A stretch of 63,952 nt of DNA, filler included, from Bacteroidales bacterium (GCA_035389045.1; 3 parts of 3 records of this genome joined end to end with filler, not necessarily neighbours in it); one strand, 5' to 3'; positions 31,353-43,800 are shown, counted from the whole stretch's first letter. Program-made: numbers and translations. Notes: generated by a model from the sequence alone, not told the origin.

Positions 31353-31574
31353 TTAAGGGACCGGGTCATAACCACTGCCTCCCCAGGGGTTGCATGATAG
31401 AACTCTTTTAAGTGTCAGCCAGCTTCCTTTGAATGGTCCGTGTTTTTTTATCGCTTCTAATCCGTAAGCCGAACACGATGGCGTGTAACGACATGAGGGC
31501 ATAAAATATGGCGAAATAACATATTGGTAAAACTTTATCAATGCGATAAAAAAACAACTCAATATTTTCTTCAT
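31353..31574 (-). CDS. yidD: membrane protein insertion efficiency factor
   Basis: YQYVISP...CRYTPSCS...[13 protein letters not shown]. Confidence 0.96.
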   Translation of the reverse strand: MKKILSCFFIALIKFYQYVISPYFMPSCRYTPSCSAYGLEAIKKHGPFKGSWLTLKRVLSCNPWGGSGYDPVP

Positions 31575-31945
31575 ATAAGGCCCGTTAAAGACTGTAAAAT
31601 TAATTTAATTTTCGTTTCGGTTTCTTTATAATTTTCATTTTTTCTGCCATTATACAACAGCATCAACGCGATATTTTTGTTTTTTTCCTTCAGCGATACG
31701 TACAGCGATTCTTTGTGCAACCGGTAGGCCTCCCTGATGAAGCGTTTTATCAGGTTACGCTCGACGGATTTTTTAAAAAATCTTTTTGGAACAACAACGA
31801 GCAGCCGGACAGGAAAAACCTCTTTCTGTGGTAAATCAACCCACTTTACCAAAAAAGGTGGTTGCGAGAACTTGTTCCCTTTACCGAACAAAAGGCTAAT
31901 GTCCTTTTTTCCGCATAAGCGTTCTTCTTTGCAAAAGGAATACAT
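31571..31945 (-). CDS. rnpA: ribonuclease P protein component
   Basis: [32 protein letters not shown] motif. Confidence 0.93.
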   Translation of the reverse strand: MYSFCKEERLCGKKDISLLFGKGNKFSQPPFLVKWVDLPQKEVFPVRLLVVVPKRFFKKSVERNLIKRFIREAYRLHKESLYVSLKEKNKNIALMLLYNGRKNENYKETETKIKLILQSLTGLI

Positions 31946-31964
31946 TAAAAAAAGTAGTTTCAGT

Positions 31965-32717
31965 TTATTTTTTTACCTTTTCCAGAAAGGCCTCGATAGC
32001 AACGGGCATCGAGGAAATGGTTTCCGACGGGCCGAAAACATTTACGTTCAGTCCGGCTTCCATGGCAGCGGTAAATGTAGTGTTGCCCCAGGTGGCGATA
32101 ACTTTTTTATTCTGTTTAAAATCAGGAAAATTTTCAAAAAGCGATTTGATACCGAAGGGGCTGAAAAATACAAGCATGTCGGCCATGTCAATATTGATTT
32201 CTTTTTTTATCTCCAGATTCGACATCGTCCTGTAAAACATCGCTTTGTTGACAGGGATCTTGTTTGCAGCAAGCAGGTTTACGATTTCCTGTTTATAGCT
32301 TTCAGTACAAGGTAAAAGAAATTTTTCCTGAAGGTGCTTTTTTATTATATTGATAAGTTCTTCGGGTTTTTCTTTTCCGTTGAAAATTTTTCTTTTGCGA
32401 AACTGTACGTATTTCTGAAGATAAAAAGCTGTTTTTTCAGAAACACAAAAATATTTTGTGGTGTCAGGAACAATCAGTCGCATTTCCTTGGTCAGCCTGA
32501 AAAAATGGTCTACCGCATTATTACACGTAAAAATTACCGCAGTGTGGTCCAAGATGTTGATCTTTGATTTTCTGAATTCCTGGGCTGTCACAGGCTCAAT
32601 CGTAATAAACTTTTTAAATACGATATTAAGATTGTGCTTTTTGGACAAATCATAATAAGGTGATTTTTCGTAATTGGGGGGTTGGGGTTGCGAAATTATT
32701 ATGTTTTTAACTTTCAA
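31965..32717 (-). CDS. hemD: uroporphyrinogen-III synthase
   Basis: Bacteroidota HemD pattern IIISQP...KSPY...VFFSPFGIKSL. Confidence 0.88.
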   Translation of the reverse strand: MKVKNIIISQPQPPNYEKSPYYDLSKKHNLNIVFKKFITIEPVTAQEFRKSKINILDHTAVIFTCNNAVDHFFRLTKEMRLIVPDTTKYFCVSEKTAFYLQKYVQFRKRKIFNGKEKPEELINIIKKHLQEKFLLPCTESYKQEIVNLLAANKIPVNKAMFYRTMSNLEIKKEINIDMADMLVFFSPFGIKSLFENFPDFKQNKKVIATWGNTTFTAAMEAGLNVNVFGPSETISSMPVAIEAFLEKVKK

Positions 32718-32747
32718 TGCTATAAATTTTAAGTTAATAAATAATCT

Positions 32748-33662
32748 TCAGACGATCAAAACTCCCTTTAAATAAAAGTTAATCAATAGCTTAAGGGTAA
32801 TAACCAGTGGTAAAATTTCAATCGTGCAAAGATACAAAATAAAATAATACAAATTAAACCTTTCATAAGTCAGCCCGATAAAAAAACTACGGATGATGCG
32901 ATATAAAATCATTAATCCGGTTACAGCCAACACAATGTAAAGAAAATAAACAGAAAGAGGGGCCTGAAGATAATAGATCAAAAAAACCATGGGGACTAAA
33001 AACAGACCGGTGATGATGGAAAAAATGAAATTATTTGTGCGGTATTCGGATGTTTCTTTCGGTGTCCTGAAACACCATTTTGCAAAGTTCATTGTTACCC
33101 CCCGGATAATCGCCAATGCCAGCAGTATGCCTAAAACCTGCAAAACGGTGTTAAAGCCCGTGCTTATTGCAAAAAAACAGTGTAAACTTCGGGTGATAAG
33201 CAGGGATAACGAAATATAATATACCAGAAGCAGCGGAAAAGCGAAGAACTCTCTTTGTATCAGCCCTTCACGAACCAGTTGATTGGTAAAATGCGGTAAA
33301 TAGAACGCTTTAAATATTTGTGATATGCGTTTGTGTTTTAAAAAAAAGATCACGGCGCCGGTGACCAGGCAAAACAATAATAAATAGAAGTTTATATCCG
33401 AGTATTTATTGGTGATTTCTTTTAGCCTGAATTCAGAAAAGTTTTTTTTACCCGTGTAAAAAACCGAAGTACAATACGAATCCGTGTTGCTGCGGGTTTG
33501 CCTGACATAGAATCCGGGGTATACGTCTTTGGCGTTGCCGACAAAAAAAGTCTTTCTTAAACCCTCAGGAACTTCATCCTGCGACCGGACAAGGTTTTTA
33601 AACAACGAAGCATTATCCTGCGGCAACAGGTTGGCATTGGGTGTAAGGCTGTCCTGATTCAT
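32748..33662 (-). CDS. DUF4271-family membrane protein
   Basis: C-terminal YFILYLCTIEILP; usual position upstream of hemD. Confidence 0.8.
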   Translation of the reverse strand: MNQDSLTPNANLLPQDNASLFKNLVRSQDEVPEGLRKTFFVGNAKDVYPGFYVRQTRSNTDSYCTSVFYTGKKNFSEFRLKEITNKYSDINFYLLLFCLVTGAVIFFLKHKRISQIFKAFYLPHFTNQLVREGLIQREFFAFPLLLVYYISLSLLITRSLHCFFAISTGFNTVLQVLGILLALAIIRGVTMNFAKWCFRTPKETSEYRTNNFIFSIITGLFLVPMVFLIYYLQAPLSVYFLYIVLAVTGLMILYRIIRSFFIGLTYERFNLYYFILYLCTIEILPLVITLKLLINFYLKGVLIV

Positions 33663-33802
33663 AATTTGTGCAAAATTAGCAAAATATGGGCAATCATTTC
33701 AAACGGAGTTATCATAAAAATCTAAAAATAATTTCGTTAGGTATCAATAATTTTTTTTCTTTTGCTGAAAATTTTATTATTGTAAATATAAAATAATTCC
33801 AT

Positions 33803-34798
33803 ATGAATTTACTCGAACAAATCAGTGCCAAAGCAAAAAAGATCAATAAGCGTATCGTACTGCCCGAAGGCACTTCGGAACGTACGTTGAAGGCAGCGGA
33901 CATCATTTTAAAGGAAGGTATTGCCCGTTTGATATTATTGGGAAATGTAGACGAAATTAATTCACTTGAGCAAAAATTCGGTCTTGACCTTTCCGGTGCT
34001 GAAAAAACCGATCCGAAAAATTCACCGCAAAAAGAAAAATACATACAGAAACTCCTGGAACTACGTAAAAGCAAAGGCATTACATACGAAGAAGCCGTAA
34101 AACTCATTGAACAGGACATTTATTATGGTCCCATGATGATCTATATGGGTGATGCAGACGGGGAAGTCAGTGGTGCAGAACATACCACCGCAGATACGGT
34201 CAGGCCGGCGCTGCAGATTGTCCGGACCGCTCCCGGAATCTCTGTTGTGTCGGGGGCTATGGTAATGGTGACGAAAAAAGCCAATCTTGGGGAAAATGGT
34301 GTTTTTATCTTTGCCGATGTGGCGATAACACCCAACCCTACAGCCGAAGAACTGGCACAGATAGCGGTTTGCAGCGGCGATACCGCCCGCCGGATCGCAG
34401 GCATTGCGAATCCCCGTATAGCGCTCTTGTCTTTTTCTACCAAGGGCTCGGCCAAACACGAACTTGCCGAGAAGGTGATCAGGGCAACAGAAATAGCCCA
34501 ATCACTTCGTCCTGAAATGAATTTCGACGGGGAAATGCAGGCCGATGCCGCATTGATAGAATCTGTCGGACAGAAAAAATCTCCCGGCTCACTGGTGGCA
34601 GGATTGGCGAATGTGCTGGTGTTTCCTGACCTTCAGGCGGGAAACATCGGATATAAACTTGTGGAACGACTGGGCGATGCCGAAGCCATAGGTCCGATCC
34701 TTCAGGGTTTAGGCGCGCCGATCAACGACCTGTCACGTGGATGTTCTGTAATGGATATTGTTAATTTAGTGGCTATTACAGCTTGTCAGACGGAATAA
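33803..34798 (+). CDS. pta: phosphate acetyltransferase
   Basis: IVLPEG, SFSTKGS, DGEMQADAA, GNIGYK, NDLSRG. Confidence 0.97.
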   Translation: MNLLEQISAKAKKINKRIVLPEGTSERTLKAADIILKEGIARLILLGNVDEINSLEQKFGLDLSGAEKTDPKNSPQKEKYIQKLLELRKSKGITYEEAVKLIEQDIYYGPMMIYMGDADGEVSGAEHTTADTVRPALQIVRTAPGISVVSGAMVMVTKKANLGENGVFIFADVAITPNPTAEELAQIAVCSGDTARRIAGIANPRIALLSFSTKGSAKHELAEKVIRATEIAQSLRPEMNFDGEMQADAALIESVGQKKSPGSLVAGLANVLVFPDLQAGNIGYKLVERLGDAEAIGPILQGLGAPINDLSRGCSVMDIVNLVAITACQTE

Positions 34799-34829
34799 AA
34801 AATACATTATTAAAATAAATTTTAAGAAA

Positions 34830-36035
34830 ATGAAAGTACTCGTATTAAACTGCGGAAGTTCATCCATTAAATACCAGCTCATTAAGATGAACGAAGAAGC
34901 CGATCTTCTGGCAAAAGGATTGCTGGAACGTGTAGGAATGGATAACAGTGAACTCACTCATCAGCCCAAAGGAAAAGATAAAGTTATAACTGTTCAGCCG
35001 GTACATGATCATACCGTGGGCATCAATCTTATTCTTGAGGCCTTGATGCACCCTGATCATGGTGTTATAAAAGATAAATATGAAATCGACGTGGTCGGCC
35101 ACCGCGTGGTACATGGCGGTGAAAAATTCAGCGGCAGCGTACTCATCACACAGGATGTGATAGACAAAATGGAAGAATGCAGTGATCTGGCCCCATTGCA
35201 TAACCCCGCCAACCTGAAGGGCATATATGCTATACAGAAACTACTGCCTGATATCAAACAATGCGGCGTCTTTGATACCGCCTTTCATCAGACCATGCCC
35301 GAACATACTTTTATGTATGCCTTGCCTTATGAAATGTACGAGAAGCACAAGGTGCGCCGTTACGGATTTCATGGTACAAGCCACGGATATGTGGCCAAAA
35401 AAGCTTGTAAGATACTGGGTTTAGCCATCGAAGAAACAAACATCATTACCTGTCATTTAGGCAATGGCGCTTCTATTGCAGCCATCCGGCATGGAAAATC
35501 CTTTGATACATCCATGGGGCTAACACCCGTTGAGGGTCTTATCATGGGAACCCGTTGCGGAGACCTCGACCTTGGTGCCATGCTTTTTTTAATGGAAAAA
35601 GAAAATCTCGACCTCAAACAAACCAATGCCCTGATCAATAAAAAAAGCGGAATGGCAGGTATATCAGGGGTGTCGTCCGACATGCGCGATATAGAGGATG
35701 CAGCAGCGAAAGGCAATAAACGTGCACACCTGGCGCTGGAAATGTATAATTACCGTGTTAAAAAATATATCGGGGCTTATGCTGCCGGGATGGGCGGTGT
35801 TAACCTGATCGTTTTTACGGGTGGAATTGGTGAAAACGCCATTAGTACACGTGAAGGAGTTATGCAGGGGCTTGAATTCCTCGGTATCGATTTTGATTTT
35901 GAACTGAACAGAAACACCCGTGGCAAAGATGCTCTGCTGACCAAAGCGGGGAGCAAAGTCAAAGTCATGGTTATTACGACTAATGAAGAACTTGTCATTG
36001 CCAACGAAGCCATAAAAACTATAAGCCAGGAATGA
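34830..36035 (+). CDS. ackA: acetate kinase
   Basis: LNCGSSSIK, GHRVVHGG, APLHNP, HLGNGAS, TNEE. Confidence 0.98.
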   Translation: MKVLVLNCGSSSIKYQLIKMNEEADLLAKGLLERVGMDNSELTHQPKGKDKVITVQPVHDHTVGINLILEALMHPDHGVIKDKYEIDVVGHRVVHGGEKFSGSVLITQDVIDKMEECSDLAPLHNPANLKGIYAIQKLLPDIKQCGVFDTAFHQTMPEHTFMYALPYEMYEKHKVRRYGFHGTSHGYVAKKACKILGLAIEETNIITCHLGNGASIAAIRHGKSFDTSMGLTPVEGLIMGTRCGDLDLGAMLFLMEKENLDLKQTNALINKKSGMAGISGVSSDMRDIEDAAAKGNKRAHLALEMYNYRVKKYIGAYAAGMGGVNLIVFTGGIGENAISTREGVMQGLEFLGIDFDFELNRNTRGKDALLTKAGSKVKVMVITTNEELVIANEAIKTISQE

Positions 36036-37006
36036 AAACACCTGAATCCTACCTCCGGCTGCTGAATGAAAACATCAGTGAATTGCCACTCCGTAAGGAA
36101 CCCAAAGAACTCTATGAGCCAATGGCATATGCCCTCACCATGGGCGGAAAACGCATACGTCCGGTACTGACATTGCTGGCGTGTGAAATGTTCAACGGGG
36201 ATATCAAAAAGGCATTACCGGCTGCGCTTGCCATTGAAACCTTCCATAATTTCACGCTTGTTCATGACGACATTATGGATATAGCGCCTATTCGAAGAGG
36301 CAGGGATACCGTATATAAAAAATGGAATACCAATATTGGTATCCTCTCCGGCGATGCCATGCTGGCCAAAGCTTTTGAGCTTATTTCCGCTTCTGACGAT
36401 ATTTTTGTGAAGCCCCTGGTACAGCTGCTTTCACAAGTTGCCATCGAAGTCTGTGAAGGCCAGCAACTTGATATGAATTTTGAACATTCCGAAAAAGTCA
36501 CCATCCCCGAATACCTCGAAATGATACGTCTGAAAACTGCGGTACTGGCGGGATCCAGTCTCAAGGCCGGCGCCATTGTTGCCGGCGCATCCAAAAAGGA
36601 TACGCAGGAAATATATTTATTCGGAGAGAATCTGGGTATGGCCTTTCAAATGCAAGACGACATTCTTGATGTCTTTGGCGACGAAAAAAAATTCGGCAAG
36701 AAAAAAGGCGGAGATATCATCACCAAGAAAAAGACTTATCTCTACCTGAAAGCCCATGAACTGGCCAAAGATAAAACCCTGAATTCCCTGATCTATTATT
36801 TTGCCAACTCGACTTTTGATAACGATACAAAAGTGAAGGCCGTATCAGAAATATACCAGAAACTTGGGATTAAGAAATATGCCGAAAAGCAGATGAATGT
36901 TTATTATTCAAAAGCCATGGCGCATCTTAAAAAGATACAGGTTCCGGAAACTTCTAAAAAAAATCTGTTCCGGATTTCCGAGCAACTTCTGGTAAGGGAA
37001 TTTTAA
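36032..37006 (+). CDS. polyprenyl diphosphate synthase
   Basis: GGKRIRP, HDDIMD...RRG, FQMQDDILD. Confidence 0.95.
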   Translation: MKTPESYLRLLNENISELPLRKEPKELYEPMAYALTMGGKRIRPVLTLLACEMFNGDIKKALPAALAIETFHNFTLVHDDIMDIAPIRRGRDTVYKKWNTNIGILSGDAMLAKAFELISASDDIFVKPLVQLLSQVAIEVCEGQQLDMNFEHSEKVTIPEYLEMIRLKTAVLAGSSLKAGAIVAGASKKDTQEIYLFGENLGMAFQMQDDILDVFGDEKKFGKKKGGDIITKKKTYLYLKAHELAKDKTLNSLIYYFANSTFDNDTKVKAVSEIYQKLGIKKYAEKQMNVYYSKAMAHLKKIQVPETSKKNLFRISEQLLVREF

Positions 37007-37227
37007 TTCATACCGCATCATTTACTACAGGTGCAGGCACCGGACTTACAGTTTTGGTAAAAAAAAGTGGAGTTTGTGGCTATGCGGTTTCGGGCACCCG
37101 GAAATACCGTAAAAAATTTTTCTGGTATCCCGTACATATAAAACAAAAATTATTATGCCTTCGCCGGAGGATTATTTTCGTTTGAACAAATCTTTTACTA
37201 AATTTGTTTCATAATCCTTCTTATATT

Positions 37228-40200
37228 ATGAGGACAAATCGTTCCGTATTATTCTTGTTGTTAATATGCTTGTTTTTGCAGTGTGGTTTTAAGTCTTTTG
37301 CCCAGGACACACGGGAAACAGATGCCTATAAGACTGAAACAGAGGGGTATTTTACTAACCCTGCAGTAACAATTCAGGGAATAGTTCTTTCGGATAACCA
37401 TGCTTCAAAACTGTATCTGATCAGAAATAATAAACGATCTGAACTTGTTTCTGCACCCGGTTGCGGCAGGTATTTCACTGTTTCGCCGGATAAGGCGATG
37501 GTTGGTTTTAAGCTGATAAAACCCGATGGATTGCAGGTTCCTGCAATTATAGATCTCCGCACGATGAAAGTTTCAGAACTGGCGCCCCCTGCAGATCTCT
37601 GCGGCCAGGTAAGCTTCGGCAACGACGGCAGGATGGCCTTTACCATCGGAAAAGACTTGCAGATTATCCATAAGGGCAATGTCGCTATCATTCCATTAGG
37701 AACATATGCCAACATTGCTCCCATCTCGCCTGATGGCAGCTATGCCGTTTTTAATAACGACCACGATCAGTTGTTCCTGATTAATATTTCGTCCGGACAC
37801 GTTCAGCAAATCACCGATAACGCCGGGGGATACATGTACCCTCAATGGTCGCCCGACGGTAATAAGGTGGTGTATTCATCACTATCCGGGACACTGAAGA
37901 TCTGGGATAAAAACTCCGGTAAAACGGTTGTTTTCGGATCAGGCCAAAATGCAGTATGGTCGGATGATTCACAGTATGTTTTGTACAATGTCATTTCTTC
38001 TGAAAACCTGGTATTTAAAGGGTCTGATATTTATATGGCACGAGTCGATGACAGTGCGGTTATCCGCATAACCCAAACTTCCGGAATTAATGAAATGTAT
38101 CCCTGTTTCGGCCCGGATAATAAAATCATTTACAGTACATACGACAATCGTGAGATCGTTTCAACAACGGTGAATAAGGAGCATGCAGCCATTTTACATC
38201 CGGAAGTCATTTATAAATCCGCAGCGCCCTTGTTTATTGATAAAGGCGAGCCGGTTTTTTCGCAAAAGAATAACAAATCGGTGATCATGGTGCAGGGTGA
38301 TGTGCCTTATGTTCACCAGGTTTATGACACCCCCGACTGGCATTGGGGATACTGGTCGTGTGCCCCCACGACGGCTATTATGGCCCTGGCCTATTACAAT
38401 ATGGTACCGCCCCGGGATGTTACCTGCAGCTATCCGTCGGCACATACCAGCCATTATGGCTCTTATGTGGCCGATCTGTACCGGTTCGATGAGGTGTTTT
38501 ATAATGATACGGCTATCGATAATGCCGGCACTCCGGCTTTTGGAGGATACGGTTATATGTGGAACGGCAGTAACGGCCCATACAATAAAATGTCGCCTTA
38601 TATTCAGAATCATGGTGTAACAGCAGGCCTTTCGGGCAGCTCTGTTTACGCTACGGTGGTTAATGAAATCAACAACAATTTTCCATTCTCCATATGCAGC
38701 CTACTGACCTCCGGCGGGCACCTCACCTTAGCCGTCGGTTATGTAAACAACCAGTACACGCTGATTTTTAATGACCCATACGGAAACAAGAATAACGGGT
38801 ATATGAATTATTATGGTAAAAATGTTTACTACGACTGGCCCGGATACAATAACGGTTATGCCAATCTTAACGGATTGGGATGGACAGTAAAATCTGAAAG
38901 CAGCCAGTTGGTGTATAACGATACTATTATTGATGACACTTACTACAATCATGGATTTTATTTATATAATCAGGGTTTGGCAAAAATGTGGTATTACCGT
39001 GATATGAAAACCGGCGGCTATAATGATCATTTCTGGTATACCTATACCAGTGCAGCCACAACTCTTGATACCTGTTATGTTACCTGGTCGCCGGTCTTAT
39101 CCTCGAACAATAATTATGAAGTATTTGCCTATATCCCTAATTCTGCACAAGTTACGGCTACCGCGGCTCCATACAGGATATATTACTCCGGAGGGGATTC
39201 AACGGTGGTGATCAACCAGGCAGCGCAAAAAGGGCAATGGGTTTCACTGGGGATATTTCCGTTCTCACCGTCCAACCAGGCTTTTGTGAGGCTGGGCGAC
39301 GGAACAGGAATTGCCGGCCAGAAGATCGCCTACGATGCCGTGAAATGGGTCCGCACCGGCCAGATTGACAATATTGCACCTACCACAGTTGCCAACCTGT
39401 CGGGTAACTGGCAAACACAGAATTTCATAGCGACCTTCACAGACACGGATAATACCGGTGGTACGGGAATAGAAAAAAGATTTTACCAGGTACTGGATTA
39501 TGATGGCGCCGAATGGCATGCCAATACACAGAACGGATTTTTTGCCGATAATTTCGATTCATATAATTCCGGTGTATGGAACATCCCTGCCGGCAGTGGA
39601 ACTTGGATGGTCAGCGGCGGCAATCTCGTTCAGACGGATACTACGGTGAACAACGGCAACATATATGCTTATCTAAACCAGATGCTTTCCAACAGATACA
39701 TCTATCAATTTACGGTCAAACTTGATGCTGCTACATCAGGAACCAATCCGCACCGTTTCGGGTTCCATTTTTTCTGCGACGACGGAAGCCTTGAAAACCG
39801 GGGAAATTCATATTTTATCTATTTCCGGAAGGAAACGTCCACACTTGAGTTTTTCAAGGTCGTGAACAATGTTTTCACACAGACCGGAATCATTAACAAT
39901 GTTACTACAACATTCGGGCAATGGTATGACATCAAAGTGATTTATGACCGTATTTCCGGAAAAACGGATGTCTATCGCGACAATATACTGCTTGGCACAT
40001 GGACTGATCCTGCCCCGCTGACCACAAACGGGCATTATATTTCGTTCCGCACAGGACACAGCAAGGTTTATATCAGCGAAATCAAGGTATTCAGGTCGCG
40101 GTACCCGGCTGTCACGGTGTCGGTCGGTGATTCGGCAATCAACGATATCCGTTATCAGAATCCCGATCCTGCAACCTATGCGGCCAAAATAAAATCCATT

Positions 40201-40857
40201 GTTAATGATGCCGCAGGGAATTTGTCTTCAATTTATTACTATAATCTTAATATTGACTGGACGCCACCTGCCTGTGTAAATGTGAACGACGGGCCGGGCG
40301 CCGATACCGACACCACATCTTCTTTAACCACGCTTTCTGCAAACTGGAGTTCATCTTCCGATATCAATTCCGGAATATCAAAATACATGTATGCCATAGG
40401 AACGGCTCCGGGAAGCACTGATATTCTCGGATGGACAGGTAACGGCATGAACACCGCTGTGACAAAATCAGGCCTTTCACTTTCCAGCGGACAAACCTAT
40501 TTTTTTAGTGTACAAGCCGTAAACGGGGCTGAACTCACAAGTATGTGCAGCTCTGATGGCGTGCTGGTCAATCCGGTTACAAACCTGAAGGAGAATGACA
40601 GCGAACTTATTGCATCTGTATTTCCTAACCCATTCCACGAAAACTCCACGGTATATTTCAATATTTCAGGAAAGCAGCCTATAGTTATTTCACTTACCGA
40701 TATGCTGGGCAGAACAATAGTGATCGCTAATTCGGTATTCGCACCAGGAAATCATGCCTTTGAAATCAACGAAAATCTGAGGATCGCTAAGGGGGCCTAT
40801 GTTTTAAAAATTGAATCTCCCGATAATTGCCAGATGATCCGTGTGACCAAATTTTAA
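37228..40857 (+). CDS. T9SS cargo: PD40 propeller + C39-like cysteine peptidase + golvesin-like domain + shared Ig/lectin/Fn3 module + CTD
   Basis: WSPDG repeats; VPYVHQ...SCAPT...GHL...NDPYG triad; WVSLG...DAVKW; VFPNPF CTD. Confidence 0.75.
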   Translation: MRTNRSVLFLLLICLFLQCGFKSFAQDTRETDAYKTETEGYFTNPAVTIQGIVLSDNHASKLYLIRNNKRSELVSAPGCGRYFTVSPDKAMVGFKLIKPDGLQVPAIIDLRTMKVSELAPPADLCGQVSFGNDGRMAFTIGKDLQIIHKGNVAIIPLGTYANIAPISPDGSYAVFNNDHDQLFLINISSGHVQQITDNAGGYMYPQWSPDGNKVVYSSLSGTLKIWDKNSGKTVVFGSGQNAVWSDDSQYVLYNVISSENLVFKGSDIYMARVDDSAVIRITQTSGINEMYPCFGPDNKIIYSTYDNREIVSTTVNKEHAAILHPEVIYKSAAPLFIDKGEPVFSQKNNKSVIMVQGDVPYVHQVYDTPDWHWGYWSCAPTTAIMALAYYNMVPPRDVTCSYPSAHTSHYGSYVADLYRFDEVFYNDTAIDNAGTPAFGGYGYMWNGSNGPYNKMSPYIQNHGVTAGLSGSSVYATVVNEINNNFPFSICSLLTSGGHLTLAVGYVNNQYTLIFNDPYGNKNNGYMNYYGKNVYYDWPGYNNGYANLNGLGWTVKSESSQLVYNDTIIDDTYYNHGFYLYNQGLAKMWYYRDMKTGGYNDHFWYTYTSAATTLDTCYVTWSPVLSSNNNYEVFAYIPNSAQVTATAAPYRIYYSGGDSTVVINQAAQKGQWVSLGIFPFSPSNQAFVRLGDGTGIAGQKIAYDAVKWVRTGQIDNIAPTTVANLSGNWQTQNFIATFTDTDNTGGTGIEKRFYQVLDYDGAEWHANTQNGFFADNFDSYNSGVWNIPAGSGTWMVSGGNLVQTDTTVNNGNIYAYLNQMLSNRYIYQFTVKLDAATSGTNPHRFGFHFFCDDGSLENRGNSYFIYFRKETSTLEFFKVVNNVFTQTGIINNVTTTFGQWYDIKVIYDRISGKTDVYRDNILLGTWTDPAPLTTNGHYISFRTGHSKVYISEIKVFRSRYPAVTVSVGDSAINDIRYQNPDPATYAAKIKSIVNDAAGNLSSIYYYNLNIDWTPPACVNVNDGPGADTDTTSSLTTLSANWSSSSDINSGISKYMYAIGTAPGSTDILGWTGNGMNTAVTKSGLSLSSGQTYFFSVQAVNGAELTSMCSSDGVLVNPVTNLKENDSELIASVFPNPFHENSTVYFNISGKQPIVISLTDMLGRTIVIANSVFAPGNHAFEINENLRIAKGAYVLKIESPDNCQMIRVTKF
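39367..40572 (+). repeat. ~1.2-kb duplicated coding module, copy 1 (copy 2 at 42516-43721)
   Basis: Colinear translation from DNIAP to CSSDG(V/I)LVN in both genes. Confidence 0.92.
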
Positions 40858-40871
40858 GTTGAAACATCATT

Positions 40872-43800
40872 ATGAAAAAATATTTTTTCATCCCTGTTTT
40901 CAGTTTTGTAATGTTTTTGGTGTTGTTATTTCTCAATACTAACAGCATGGGACAGGAAAAAACCGACTTTAATGTACCTGTTGAGCAAAAAGCGTCTTTG
41001 CCTTTAGCGGGTTCTGAAGCAGATACCGGTTTTGGCGTGTTTTTTAAAAACAATACGCAACTCACAAAACAGACCACCTACCTGAAAAGAGAAATGAGAT
41101 GTGCATGGATTGCCACCGTGTATAATATCGACTACCCTTCTACCACAGGCCTTTCAGTAAACTCTCTGAAAAATGAATTCATCACCCTCATCACCCAGCT
41201 TAAAGCCGCCGGGATAAATGCTGTTTTTTTTCAGGTACGGCCATCCTGTGATGCCTTTTACAATAGTCCTTACGAGCCCTGGTCGCAGTGGCTGTCGGGA
41301 ACACAGGGCGTGGCGCCTTCCGGTGGTTTCGATCCCCTTGTTTATATGATTGAGGAATCGCATAAGCGCGGCATAGAGTTTCATGCATGGTTAAATCCGT
41401 ACCGGGCGGTGGTAAGTACCGGCAGCAGCAGTATTGCCAGCACCCATATATCAATAACACAACCCTCCTGGTGCGTCACGTACAACACCATAAAAATTTT
41501 AAATCCGGGACTGCCCCAGGTACGCAATTATGTCACCATGATCGTAGCGGATATTGTCCGGCGTTACCAGGTTGACGGAATCCATTTTGATGATTATTTT
41601 TATCCCTATCCACAGTCCGGGTATACTTTTAATGACGATGCTGCTTTTGCTGCCGATCCCAGGGGTTTTACCAACAAGAGCGACTGGCGCAGGGATAACG
41701 TCAACCTACTCGTAGCTATGGTCAATGATAGTATCAAAGCCATTAAACCTTATGTAAAATTCGGGATCGGCCCTTTTGGTATCTGGAAAAACGGGGTGCC
41801 TCCGGGCATCACGGGATTGTCGTCGTATGATGCGATCTATTGTGATCCCATGGCATGGCTCAATGATCAAAGTATTGATTATGTATCCCCTCAATTGTAC
41901 TGGAAAATAGGCACCAGTCAGGATTTTAACACCCTTGCGGATTGGTGGGGAACGCAGGCCGATACGCAGGACAGGCATTGTTATGCCGGAATCGCCTCTT
42001 ACAATTTAAATCCATCAGGCGGAAACTGGGCGATCAGCGACATACTGAACCAGATCAACAGCACAAGGGCTATTAATTATAAGGTTCAGGGCAATGTTTT
42101 TTATAACGCCTCATCTATTGCAGACAATCTGAAAAATTTTGCCGATTCACTGTCCCTTTCTTATAATAAATACAAGTGTTTGCTGCCAACCATGCCCTGG
42201 CTTGATTCCATTGCCCCTTTGCCGCCATATGATGTCACGGTTTCCTCCACTCCCGTCAGTGTCACGATAAACTGGCAAAAACCCCTTCCGGCAAGCGATG
42301 GCGATACAGCAAACTATTTTGTTATTTACAGGAATACCGACGGAAATGTTGTGAACATTGCCGATCCCAAACAGATATTATTTATTTCGCCCGATCCGGT
42401 CACTACTTTCACCGACAGCATTTCAATAACGTCTTTTCCGGGTGTTGCTTATGCCATCACCAGTTGTGATAAACTGAACAACGAAAGTTCCCCGGTTGTG
42501 GCCGGCCCGGGCATGGACAACATTGCACCATCAACGCTGATAAATGTTGCGGGTGACTGGCAGACGCAGAGTTTTACCGTCAACTTCACCGATGCCGATA
42601 ACAGCGGCGGGTCGGGTATTGAAAAAAGGTTTTACCAGGTGCTTGATTATAACGGCTCCGAATGGCATGCCAATGCCCATAACGGATTTTTTGCCGATAA
42701 TTTTGATTCGCTGGACACTGCGGTATGGAACATCCCGTCAGGCGGCGGAACCTGGATGACCGGCGGAGGCAACCTGGTCCAGACGGATACCACGGTGAAC
42801 AACAGCAATATATATGCTTATCTTAACCAGATGCCTTCGAACCGGTACATCTATCATTTTAATGTCCGGATCGATACTGCTGCATTTGGGACAAATATGC
42901 ACCGTTTTGGTTTTCATTTTTTCTGTGACAGCGGAAGTTTCGAAAACCGAGGGAATTCTTATTTTATTTATTTCCGGCAGGAAACCTCGACCCTTGAATT
43001 TTTCAAAGTGGTGAACAACGTTTTTACACCGGCCAAGACCGTCAATAATATTATTACCACCTTTGGACAGTGGTACGACATCAAAGTGATTTATGATCGC
43101 ATTTCGGGGAAAATTGATGTATACCGCGACAATGTGCTGACAGGCTCCTGGACTGATCCCAGCCCGCATACCACACCCGGAAATTATATTTCTTTCCGCA
43201 CAGGCAACTGCAAAACGTATATCAACGATATCATGGTTTTCAGATCGAGGTACCCGGCTGTCACGGTAAGTGTTGGCGACTCTTCCATTTGTGATATACG
43301 CTACCAAAATCCTGATCCTTTGTTCCCGGCGGCAAAAATCCGATCTGTTGTCAATGACAGTGCGGGAAACCTTTCTTCAATCAGCACCTTCAGCCTGAAC
43401 ATTGACTGGACTCCGCCCCACTGCGTAACAGTTAACGATGGAAATGACATTGATATAGACACAACTTCTTCGTTAACCACGCTTTCTGCCAACTGGACGG
43501 CTTCCTTCGATTCAAATTCCGGAATCTCGAAGTACCTGTATGCCATTGGTACCTCCCCCGGAGCTACCGACATTGCCGTATGGACGGGCAACGGAACAAA
43601 CACCTCGGTTACACGATCTGGATTGTCACTTACCGACGGCCAGACCTGTTTTTTCAGTGTGCAGGCCATAAACGGAGCGGAATTGACAAGTATATGCAGC
43701 TCAGATGGCATTTTGGTGAACACTACAGCCAATCTGTCAGAGAATACTTTGGCCCCGCTTATTCTTGTGTACCCCAATCCTTTCAGCAAAAGCCTGACCA

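Noticed and set aside
39367..43721. The 1.2-kb duplication as an assembly error
   Set aside because: The copies differ at many synonymous and non-synonymous positions while both stay in frame, so it is a real diverged duplication.
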